Positions 52,532-64,000 of a stretch of DNA of 64,000 nucleotides are shown here, piece by piece. This stretch comes from Octopus sinensis. Lineage: Eukaryota. Within the stretch, counting starts at the first letter, position 1; each line of letters opens with the position of its first letter. A model generated the notes under the pieces. It made no database searches, was not told where the DNA came from, and worked only from the letters and a program-made list of their open reading frames with translations. The translations under genes and the position numbers were made by a program. Location: positions 82,708,001-82,772,000 of the forward strand of contig NC_042999.1 in NCBI RefSeq assembly GCF_006345805.1. Reading direction: 5' to 3'.

Positions 52532-54789
52532 GGACGGAGAGAAAATATACGTGACCGTCGCCTTCAGTCGCTGCTGTCTCAAGTCGTTGGCTGCTGCTGC
52601 TAGTGGTCAAACGTTCTACGACCCCCTTGCCTTGGCTAACTACCACGTAGGCAAAAGGGTCGTGCTTCCGGTGGTTTGCGCATGCGCGAGAGGGCCCTTC
52701 CTTTCTGTGCCTTGGTGAAGGCACCAACACTCGCACGCGCGAAATAGAAAATAGCACACAATATAATAAAATGGCAAAATTTATAACATACACAAGAAAT
52801 TTACTAAAGGAAAAAAAAGAAAAAAATACTCAACATGAGCAAAAATCAAGAGTGCATGCATGAAAGTGTATACGTCACAAAGTATAAACCCTTCCGCTGA
52901 AAGGAGCGGAGGGAAAGCAAAACTCACAGTCAATGAACCTAGGCGAAATTAAAATCCAACTTCTCTAAAGGTGGTTGATCCTGCAAAATAGCAGTTAAAT
53001 CAATTGCTGCAGGAGAGGAAATGGAATTGACAGAAGCTCGCTAGTAACACAAAAGGTAAAGGTGCAAACACGCTGGTGTGATGCGCGACACAGATAATTT
53101 TCTGTTAATTACGTGACCAACAGTGGTCTAACAGGGAAAAATAATTACGCCTAAACATGGCGCAGCGCATGTGAACATCCGACGTCCTATGAGTCGGGAA
53201 AAAAAACTAAGCTACTGCAAACGTGTTGCAAAAAACAAGGCAAGTACACGTGCGGAGCAAAAGGCGCATGAAATGCAATAGAACTTGCCAGACCGAAAAA
53301 CAGCAATGAATATGCCAGTGGTTGAGCGATTATATGCCTCGTTCGTACAGGAACAAAGGTATGGCATGCCGGCGCGTTATAATGGACAAACAACCCTCTC
53401 TATGTATACGTGACCCCTAGGGTCTATAGAAATGAGGTGTGTCCACAAAAGGCAAATTTAGCATGGAAAAAAACAAGCGAGAAAAGCATGTGTGACGTAT
53501 GTATGTGAGAGATAGCATTTATGTGTGTGTACGTGTGTGCGACAAAAATACATACAAGGTGAAATGCGAGCAAAAAAAAAATAAATACAGCGCATAGAAA
53601 AAATGTCTCTCAGAGCTATTCCAGACAATGGAGTTAATTTACCAGTCTGTAACAGCCTGATGCACAATAGCAGTTCGTTCTGTAACAGAATGTTGAGATC
53701 ACAAATGCAGATGCCGATTGGACACATATCGTGTAACGGTTGTGGCTTCAATGCTGTGACAGGTTAACTGGAACAGAAAAATCTCGTAGATAGACGGTGC
53801 TGTTAATCCTTGGTGTGCATATGCACAAACAGCGTGCACGCTAAAGTTCCGCGAGTTGCTATGTACATCTTGTGGAGGTCGACGGTGTTGAAAGGCGACG
53901 GTGGTGGTGGAAGCCGACTGTAGTGGACTTGAGACAACATTGTTCTTAGAGGTGATGGCGACGAAGATAACGACGACGTGAAGTAGAAAGACGACGATGA
54001 CGACGGTAGAGAAAAGGCATCGATGATATGATGGCGTTCGTCATCATGGCTGTAGAATAAGAAAGAGGCTCCTTCTACAACTGTTTGTGGTGGCCGGAAA
54101 CAAATCGTCGAAAGATGATGACTGCGTAGAGTTAAATCGTGTTCCGACTTCGCAGAAAAACTGGATTTTTTTGTTGTTAAGTGATCTCTGGTTTTAGACC
54201 AGAATCACGTCGGGGTCACCACTGTAAAGAACTTAGTGTGAATATCTTCTCTGGACCTTTTGGGGGTGCGAGAAGCAATCACTAGCCGTTGCTTTAATAA
54301 TCCAGAATTCTACCAGTCAGAAACAACAAGACGCAGACGTAAAAGATATATATACTACTTTATTCTCTAATGTGGTAACAGTAACAATAAGTGGTTATCT
54401 GGTATCCCTTTGGTATAAATGTGTCAGTGCTGAACCTTATCGCTGTAAAATAAGAAAGTGTTCAAATTCAAAACGACACTGGTCAAAGATGGCGTCCGGA
54501 ACAGGGAGATGTGTTCTGCAACAATTTGGTTAAAGGCCTTTTGGTAAGGTGCTGCTAGAATCAAGTTCGGACGGAGAGAAAATATACGTGACCGTCGCCT
54601 TCAGTCGCTGCTGTCTCAAGTCGTTGGCTGCTGCTGCTAGCGGTCAAACGTTCTACGACCCCCTTGCCTTGGCTAACTACCACGTAGGCAAAAGGGTCGT
54701 GCTTCCGGTGGTTTGCGCATGCGCGAGAGGGCCCTTCCTTTCTGTGCCTTGGTGAAGGCACCAACACTCGCACGCGCGAAATAGAAAAT
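52532..54789. mobile_element. 2.26-kb unit bounded by 221-bp direct repeats (class unknown)
   Basis: 52532-52752 equals 54569-54789 with one mismatch (52604 T vs 54641 C). No TG..CA ends, PBS, PPT, TSD or recognisable ORF seen. Confidence 0.75.
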
Positions 54790-54825
54790 GGACGGTGCGC
54801 GCGCGCGCACCGTTATAGGATCACT

Positions 54826-54862
<37 letters not shown>

Positions 54863-56768
54863 CATACACACGTGTGCGCGCGGAAACACATATATATATA
54901 TATATATATATATAAGCATACACACTTTTTTATACACGTATACATCCACGCATACACAGGCAGGTTGTACGGAAAGTAATACAAATGTAGACATAGTTGT
55001 TATTAACTAACAGACATAGGCTGTGCATGTTGTTCATCTATGCAAAATCCCTATAGTTTCCAGCACAAGTGATTCATTCGCGCCATCGCTGAACCCGACT
55101 CACTAATTGTCTTCAGTAAAATTCAAATGTGTCTACTGTCTTAGTCATTTTTCACAGTCATTTTCTTCTTGTCTATATCATCATATCGACATCAAAGACC
55201 GTTTCTTCATTCGACTATAGAGGTTACGGAGAAGCGGATATGTGTTGTATAGTTGATGGGGGACAACTGAGCAGCCCGATTTGCAGACTGGTTGATTTGT
55301 TGCCAAAGGTGTGTGGTTAGGCGCTGTCATTATGAAATTGGATAACTTAGATTCTTATTCTATTTTTTATCTTTATGGATTCTCTTAGCTTTTTGAGTAT
55401 GCATGTGTGTAATCAAGGGAAATAACACATTTATCAGCCTTCAAAACACTCATCATTGCTTCCTGCGCAGATCTTCGGATTATTTCTTAGGTATTCGAGA
55501 AGGTGTGACACCGTTCCCAGGACTGAGCTTTCATGGCTGGATCATAAAGTTATAACGCTTTATACCCCTGTCATTAGATCGTTAAAAATCAAGTTTCCAT
55601 ATGGCTTCAAACGCTTACTGAGCAGACTTCAACTTCAATCAAAACCGACTTCTACCTATCCCTGCTTCAAACCTTGACATACAACTTAATTGAAGAAAAG
55701 AAAAGAAATTGCGTGTGTGTGTGTGTGCTCTATATATTCGTGTGTGTGCTTCGTAGTACATGCGTAGTGTGACATAAAAGATATTCTTTGAGTTCGCGTG
55801 ATCCGAGCTTCGACCTCAGTTTAACCAACAACAGTACTAAGGCAGGATTTACATTTATTGTCTTAACTATCAATGGCGACCAAGGAAGACTTTGCTCTGT
55901 TATGAATACGTCCACAAGTAAAGATCAAGTCACTGATCTCATCTAAACATAGCTAAAACTACAATGCCTCTACTCTACAATGTTGTTAATTGATGATACA
56001 TCAAAACACGAACATAACAAACGTTCCGTTTAGATGGAAATAAATATCAATGGAGGAAGATTTCAGTAATTTTCTTTTAAATTCAAATTAATTTTAAAAC
56101 AAAACGCAACTTCCTTGTTTTCATTTAAAATAATATTTCCTAAATCGGATTTTAATTTTCTTTAACAGTGATTCATGATCCTTGGCAGGCAATTAACAGT
56201 AACTGGTTTTAACATGTTTGAATTTCGTTGGGTTTTACTTGTCATGGGAAATGTCAGACGCCGTATCAAATTGAGGACATATATTATAATACTTATGTAA
56301 TCTCCTTTAATAAACCTGTCATTTGTCAAGTTGTTGTTTATTTTCGAACTTCTTTGATCTTTTCATTTAATTACAACACACACATATGCATACATAATAT
56401 ATATACGCACCTGTATATACATATACATATGCATGTAACACGTATTTATATACATGTATTTATGTATACATGTATATATATATGTATATATATGTATATA
56501 TATATGTATATATATGTATATATATATGTATATATATGCATATATACACATATATATATATGCATATGCATTTATATTATATATACGCACATGTGTATAA
56601 ATATAAATGTGCATATTATAAGCACATATATATGCATATATACATATGCATATATACTATATATACGCACATGTGTATACATGCACACCTATATGTCTGT
56701 AGAAGTATTAGACATGCAAACATAAGTGTAAATATATATATATATGCACACACAAAGACACACACACA

Positions 56769-56848
<80 letters not shown>

Positions 56849-57165
56849 TTATTTACACATGTGTATGCACATATATATAGATGTATAACACATATCTTAT
56901 ATATGCATACATATATTCATCATACAAGCATGGATAGGCACATATGTATTAGCTAAGTCATTAGATGTAACCACAGTTTTGTAGCCTTTTGCAAAACGTC
57001 AGTTAAAGCTAATAGCATCCAGAAATTTAGGATAATAATATCGAAGGAAGTAAATGACTGTAAGAACTTCATAATTGCAAACTAAGCGCGAAGGAATTAC
57101 CAACAATCTGTACTACAATGTGTGTGTGTGTGTGTGTATTGTGCGTGCGTGTGTGTGTGTGTGTG

Positions 57166-57565
57166 CTTCTGAACCACATGGTTCCGGGTCCAGTTCAGCT
57201 GAGTAGCACTTCGAGCAAATGTCTTTTACTAGAGGGACGGCCGAAGCTTTGTGATTGGGTTTGGTTGACAGAAACAGAAAGAATCCCGTCGTTTATATAA
57301 ATATATATATAATATATATATGTGTGTGTGTGTTTGTGTTTGTGTGTGTGTGTGTGTGTGTGTACGATATGTCTTTATACGCGCATGCGCCTGTGTGTGT
57401 TTGTGTGTGCATGCTTGATAGCTGGTGTTGGTTTGTTTACATTACCGTAACGCAGCAGTTCGGCAAAAAAGACTGATAGAATATGGATCAGACTTTTTAA
57501 AGTAATCGCTTCCAGACGGTGCCCTCAGCATGGCCGCAGTCCAATGACTGAAATAGGTAAAGGTT
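57166..57565 (+). mobile_element. Degenerate SINE family C
   Basis: AACCACATGGTTCCGGGT, CAGAAAGAATCCCGTCG, internal (TA)(TG), GCATGGCCGCAGTCCAATGACTGAAA. Confidence 0.75.
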
Positions 57566-59208
57566 AAGATATAAATGGATTTATTTACTCACACAAACAC
57601 AAGCATATATGCACACACACACATACACATGCATGTATAAATGTGCGTGTGTGAGTGTGTTTGCTTTTCGGAAATCTGAGAGTTTTGTTTTGTTTTGATT
57701 TGTTTTTTTTATTTCATGCAGTTATTTTGTGGAAGAATCGTTCCAGTCATTTATCAATCCCAAAGTGCTCTTTTCACTTTCCCTATCTAAAGTTTCTTTG
57801 CACGTCTGTGACCTCATCATCGACTTCATTGAGAGAAAAACAAAAAAATGGAACTGCGTCGGTAACAAAGCACAGAAAATCCAGGAAACTTATTGATACT
57901 TCATAATTCACACTACAATTAAGAAATAAATAATAAGAAAATTTCTCGTTTTTATGTGTTTGACTCTTCTGCTATGTATTGTGTGTGTGTGTGCGTGCGT
58001 ATGGGATTCTCTGTGTGTTTATGTACATGGATGTATATGTGTGTACCCTTGTGTGTGCATATGTATTTAGAGGAGAAATAGCTCCCAATGAAATAACCAA
58101 AGTACTAAAATATATGTGTTTATATTCATGATATAGTTCAATGTATGCCTGGATATATGTACGTACGTAGTAATGTACATATATTTACGTGCGTGTATGT
58201 TTGGGTATGTGGGAGGTGAGGGTGCATGTGTGTGTTTAGATAAGTGCGTCTCTCGCGCTCTCTCTCTATACATATGCATATATACATATATGCGTGTGTA
58301 TATATATATATATATATATACATGCATACATATGTACATAAATATATATGTATATATATGCATTTATATATACATCGATATATGCACATATATATAAACA
58401 TAGATATAGATATATATAAAAAAATATATATATATATTTATAAATACATACATATATATGTGTGTGTGCGTGTATGTGTGTGTGTGTATGTGTGCGCGCG
58501 CGCGTGTGGATCTTGGTGTCTAATCCTGTAACATTGGTATATCTATGTACATATAACTTCGAATCCATATTTGTTTCTACTTTGCTTTTTTTTTTGTTGT
58601 TTTGTTATGTTTTTGCTTTTTCTGTCAGGCATATTTGATTAAAAGTAAAACTATTCCATAGAATTTGTTACTTTTATTTCTACATTTCATATTCTTTTCC
58701 TCACCATTTTTTTTTTTTTTTTCCTACCACATTAATATCTTTGTTTTCATTTCGAACGTAAATATAAGTTTCCCTAGGGCTCCGCTTATCGACGTTTTAA
58801 GGTCACATGACCCTATCATATATTATGTCCATCCATTATGCGACGGATACTAGAGAGTGCATTGCTTTTATGTTGTCTCAAAATTTTAACTGCTATTGGC
58901 TAATGTAAATGTATGGAGATTAGTAGTAAAACATTATCGAGGAAAACTTCAGTACGGTCTCCAAGTTTGTTTTTATACGTCGATGAAGGATAGCGTATGG
59001 GTGCATATGTATTGATTCCACGCTTGGATAGGGATTATACGAAATATTAGTGAGTATGTCTCTCTTTATACTTCTTGATTTTTAACATAATGATTTTCAG
59101 GTGCATAGTTACTTTACAGGAATGCGTAGTTGTAGTCTGAACTATGTAACGTTTTATTATGTTTTTTGTATTTTTCAGCTTATATATATACACACTCACA
59201 CACACACA

Positions 59209-59290
<82 letters not shown>

Positions 59291-59444
59291 ATTAATAAAT
59301 CTTAGGGTAGCAAAAAAATTTTAGAAAAATTATTCGCTACCAGTGGTCTAGCGAGAAGTGGTTTGAAGTTTAACTGCTCTTTCTAGTGAGTCAGATATCC
59401 TATTATGGTCATCTCTTATGTGTATAAATGCACACTGTATTTTT

Positions 59445-59475
<31 letters not shown>

Positions 59476-59480
59476 CAACG

Positions 59481-60358
59481 AAACTTACTTGGAGGAGATG
59501 AAATGAAACGAAAACGAATCGAATCGACGCGAGGGCGCTCAGTCATACAATAGTGTAATAAATAAAATATATGCATACATACATACATGCATATATGTAC
59601 GTACCTGCATCTACATGTATATATACATGCATATATAAATATATATACGTGAGTACAGGACACTACAAATAGACGTAGAACTCAACGAGAAACGAAAACG
59701 TAAAAACAAATGTGGAAACGGACCTAAACGAAAAAAACAGAGTACAAGACAAACTACACAAGGAAAAATCCCCTTCATCAGCTGTTCAACTCCAGCGTGT
59801 TTCGAAGGTTGGAGAGAACACGACTCGTGGCACTAGTCCTTCCTGCGAAGGAATTAAATAAAATTACTTCGCAGAGGGGTAAAAACAAGGAAAGTTAAAC
59901 ATGTGACAAAAAAACGATACAAATAAAATTACAAAATAAAAACAAAATAAAAATACAAAAAATAAAAATACAGAATAAAATTACAAGTACGAAAAATACA
60001 GTACAAGAAATAAAACAAACAAAAAAAACAGACAATGAGGGCCTTAATACTGGCCTACACGAGGAAAGATTCTAAGAGCGCTAGAAGAACAGTGTTCACT
60101 GTTTGAATGCCAGCGGCGAAATGAAGCAACTCGCCCGGCTGTGAAAGAGATGAGGAGGAGTGAGAGAGAGAAAGAGAGGAAAACAAGCGGCTGTGAGAGA
60201 GAGAGAGGAGGAGGAGTGAGAGAGAGCGAGATAGGGAAGGAAAAGGTCAAGCAAAGAGTTGTAGAGTTTCGCGTCACAAAACTTACTTGGAGGAGATGAA
60301 ACGAAACGAAAACGAATTGAATCGACGCGAGGGCGCTCAGTCATACAATAGTGTAATA
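59481..60358. repeat. Unit bounded by 80-bp direct repeats
   Basis: 59481-59560 and 60279-60358 (AAACTTACTTGGAGGAGATG...CAATAGTGTAATA) differ at two positions. Confidence 0.85.
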
Positions 60359-60360
60359 CT

Positions 60361-60697
60361 CTCTCTTTACTCTTTTACTTGTTTCAGTCATTTGACTGCG
60401 GCCATGCTGGAGCACCGCCTTTAGTCGAGCAAATCGAGCCCGGGACTTATTCTTTATAAGCCCAGTACTTATTCTATCGGTCTCTTTTGCCGAACCGCTA
60501 AGTGACGGGGACGTAAACACACCAGCATCGGTTGTCAAGCAATGCTAGGGGTACAAACACAGACACACAAACATATACGCACACACTTATATATATATAC
60601 ATATATACGACAGGCTTCTTTAAGTTTCCATCTACCAAATCCACTCATAAGGCATGTGGTTGGTTAGCAAGCTACTTACCACACAACCACTCCTGCG

Positions 60698-60699
<2 letters not shown>
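60361..60699 (-). mobile_element. SINE family C with an internal deletion
   Basis: Tail ACTCTTTTACTTGTTTCAGTC through head CCACTCCTGCGCC; the segment after CACTCATAAGGC is missing. Confidence 0.9.
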
Positions 60700-60758
<59 letters not shown>

Positions 60759-61236
60759 GCATGTATATGAATATATTGAAAGTTACGCAAATGCATTATC
60801 TGCATATATATATACAAATATATATATATATATACATATGCATGTATATGAATATATTGAAAGTTACGCAAATGCATTATCTGCATATATATATATACGC
60901 ATACATGCATGTATATATAGATGCAAACATACATACATACATACGTGCGTACGTGTGTGTATGTGTTTGCTTGGACGCATTTTTGTGTATGTGTGCGTAG
61001 ATACATTTCGTTTTTTAATATCTATTACTGGAGTCGAGGCTTCTGTTGTTGTTCTTATTCTTATTCTTCTTTTTTGTTGTCTTCGTCGTCGTACATAAGT
61101 ACTTAAAACTATTCGACAAGCATGGTACATATCACAAACTTATACTTGCTCGCGAGTGACGTTTGTTTGTATTCTAAATGTATATATGTGTGTGCATGCA
61201 TATATATATATATGTATGTGTATGTGTATATGTATG

Positions 61237-61268
<32 letters not shown>

Positions 61269-61294
61269 TGTATGTATGTATGTATGTATGTATG

Positions 61295-61834
61295 TACAAA
61301 TATTCTATAATTATAAACATAATTATAATCAGGGGTTATCTAATTGCTTCGCCACGCACCGAATTTAGAAATACGAGTTAAATGCCTTTCCTACTACCAT
61401 AAAGATCTCCAAGACAGTAGCACACTTTTTTTTATATAGGCAAAAAGAATAAATAATGAATCCACTCGACGCAGATTAGCTACATACGCGTTTCGAAATT
61501 AAAGTAAAGTTATATTTACTTCCTTACTTTTCGTCTTCAGTGCAGTATTTCGAAATATAAATATGAGAGTGTTAGGATTAAATATGTACGCAATCAAGTG
61601 ACATCGCATAACCGACATTCAGTAACATTTCCAAAAATATACTGCCGAATGGGAACACATATTTATCCTCAATACCCACGTGTGTGTTATGAGCACACGT
61701 GGACATCTTTATGGTAGTAGATATCTTTATGGTAGTAGAAAAGGCATTTAACTCCTATTTCTAAATTCTGTGCGTGCTGAAGCAATTAGCTGACCCCTGA
61801 AAATAATTATGTTTATAATTACAGAATATTTGTA
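61295..61834. mobile_element. 540-bp element with 112-bp inverted arms enclosing a hammerhead
   Basis: 61295-61406 is the reverse complement of 61723-61834 (about 90% by eye); hammerhead at 61480-61545. Confidence 0.85.
61480..61545 (-). ncRNA. Type I hammerhead ribozyme, canonical core
   Basis: Minus: CTGCA-CTGAAGA-C-[GAAA...TTTC imperfect stem II]-GAA-ACGCGT-A-TGTAG. Stem I is 5 bp with one G-U; palindromic ACGCGT stem III; GUA site. Confidence 0.75.
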
Positions 61835-62089
61835 TAATTTTCTCTAAAAAGGTTATTTTAACATACCGAACTACTTGGTAAAATTATTAATTAATTAATT
61901 TTACCCTTTTATTATTTTTGGAAATATATATGTCTGTATATATATAATATATACGTATATATGTATATGTATGCATATATATGTATATATGTGCATATAT
62001 ATGTATGTATATATATGTATATATATATGTATGTGTACATATATGTATGTGTACATATATGTATGCATATGTATGCATATGTATATATG

Positions 62090-62132
<43 letters not shown>

Positions 62133-62493
62133 CTATATATATATGTGTATGTATATATATGTATATATATATATACGTATATATGTATATATATATATGT
62201 GTGTGTGTACGTATATATATATATGTATATATGTAGATATATGAATATATGTATGTATATATATGTATATATATATGTATGTATATATATATGTATATAT
62301 ATATGTATGTATATATATGTATATATATATGTATGTATGTGTGTATATATATATGTATATATATATGTGTATATATATGTATGTGTGTGCATATATGTAT
62401 ATGTATGTTTGTATATATGTGTGTGTGTGTGTGTATGTTTGAGTGAGTGTATATATATATGCATATATTTGTGTGTTTGCGTGTATGTGTATT

Positions 62494-62529
<36 letters not shown>

Positions 62530-62530
62530 A

Positions 62531-62890
62531 GGCGCAGGCGTGGCTATGTGGTAAGTAGCTTGCTTTCCAATCACATGGTTCCGGATTCAATCTCACTGCG
62601 TTGCACGTTAGGCGAGTGCCTTCTACTACAGCCTCGGGCCGACCAAAGCCTTGTGAGTGTATTTGGAAGACGGAAACTGAAAGAAGCCTATCGTATATAC
62701 GTGTGTGTTTGTCCATGACTGCTTGGCAACCGGTGTTGGTGTGATTATGGGGTGTTTAGCGATTCGGGAAAACAGACCAATAGAATAAGTACTAAGCTTT
62801 AAATAAAAAGTCCTGGAATCGACTCATTCGACTAAAACCATTCTAGCATGGCCTCAGTCAAATTACTGAAATAAGTAAAAGAGTGAAAGA
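62531..62890 (+). mobile_element. SINE family C copy
   Basis: Head GGCGCAGGCGTGGCT, GACGGAAACTGAAAGAAGCC, tail CTGAAATAAGTAAAAGAG. Confidence 0.85.
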
Positions 62891-62906
62891 ATGTATATAT
62901 ACATAT

Positions 62907-62947
<41 letters not shown>

Positions 62948-64000
62948 CGAGGGGCGTTCAATAAGTAATGCGCCTGACCCACTTGCCGTTGTTTGATCTA
63001 GCTGAAATTTTGCATGTGCACTTATTTATACCTCTATAAATTAAGTGGCGAATTACAGCTTGTGGTTTCTGATTTACAAGTGTTTGAACTGAGTCAAGTG
63101 TGAAATGGAGCCTGTTGAGTGTCGAGCAGTGATCTGGTTTTTGTATTTGAAAGGACGCACACCACGGGAGACTTTTGATGAAATGAAAGTAACTTATGGT
63201 GATGATGCCCCATCATATGACCTTGTAAAACGCTGGCATTGTGAATTCAAACATAGTCGGAACTCTGTGGAAACAGCTCCCAGATCTGGTCGCCCCCTTC
63301 TGCCGTTGATGAGACGTCTGTCCGTCAAGTTGAGGCTGCCATTTTGGAAGGTCAACGCATAACTATTCGCCAAATAGCCCATAAGGTCAAGATTAGTACC
63401 GGGTCTGTGGAAACTATCGTTCATGACCATTTGCATATGCAAAAAGTGTCTGCCAGATGGATTTCCAGGTTGCTCACACCTTTCCAGAAGCAAGAACGCG
63501 TTGAGTGCTCGAGGATGAATTTGGAGATGTGCCAAGAAGATGAGTCAAAATTTTTCAAAAGACTTATCACACAGGATAAAACCTGGGTCCATCACTATGA
63601 TCCTAGACCAAAGCCCAGTCAATGCAGTGAAAGCACCGTGACTCACCTCCTCCAAAGAAGGCAAGGGTGTAGCCCTCCGCTGACAAGGTTATGCTCACAG
63701 TCTTCTGGGACCAGGACGGAGTAGTGATGACAGATTTCCTGGCAAAGGGTACCACAATTACAGGAGCCTATTATGCTTCACGTTTGAGGAAATTAAGAGA
63801 AGCTATCAAAATCAAGAGGCGAGGCAAGATCAGCAAAGGCATCCCCCTCCTGCAGGACAACGCTCCGGTCCACAACTCGCGTGTCGCCAGATCAGAAGCA
63901 CAGGCGTGCAGCTATGAACCCCTCCCCTTGCACCCTCTGATTTTCACTTCTTCCCAGCCATGAAGTTGATTTTGAAAGGAAAGCGTTTCCCAGATGATGC
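62948..64000 (+). mobile_element. Second mariner (irritans-like), cut by the window end
   Basis: TA followed by left TIR CGAGGGGCGTTCAATAAGT and a transposase remnant. Confidence 0.9.
63105..64000 (+). pseudogene. mariner transposase pseudogene
   Basis: MEPVECRAVIWFL, RSGRP, KVSARWISRLLT, ITQDKTWVHHYDP, VMLTVFWD, LQDNAPVH, LAPSDFH. Frameshifts near 63300 and 63605; the HPPYSPD segment is deleted. Confidence 0.93.

Noticed and set aside
55221-55308. Possible 88-nt exon (GYGEADMCCIVDGGQLSSPICRLVDLLPK)
   Set aside because: Weak donor (GTGTGT), no compatible neighbouring exon, no recognised homology.

Overview
A very AT-rich, microsatellite-saturated eukaryotic window. The SINE types and repeat content suggest an octopus or other coleoid cephalopod; this is inferred from recalled repeat types, not tested. 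I found no host protein-coding gene I can support, and almost all ORFs in the supplied track are microsatellite read-throughs. Supported content: many tRNA-derived SINEs (families A-E, my labels), two decayed mariner transposons (16841-18129 complete with TIRs; 62948-end truncated by the window), two RTE LINE remnants, an L1/Tx1-like ORF1 remnant, MITE/fold-back elements, several microsatellite-bounded tandem duplications, and a Penelope-like (PLE) RT-linker/GIY-YIG remnant (48240-49640, minus strand). The most notable signal is a set of about ten type I hammerhead-ribozyme-like motifs in at least five unrelated short elements. Several of these share a PLE-like architecture with an inverted copy of their own end. 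One family couples a tRNA-like Pol III head to a hammerhead tail and is flanked by 13-14 bp TSDs, making it a candidate PLE-mobilised SINE. Also notable: a 129-aa repeat-expanded spacer inside the PLE GIY-YIG motif, a young 2.26-kb unit bounded by 221-bp direct repeats without LTR hallmarks, and a CpG-rich candidate promoter/first exon near 40.3-40.6 kb.
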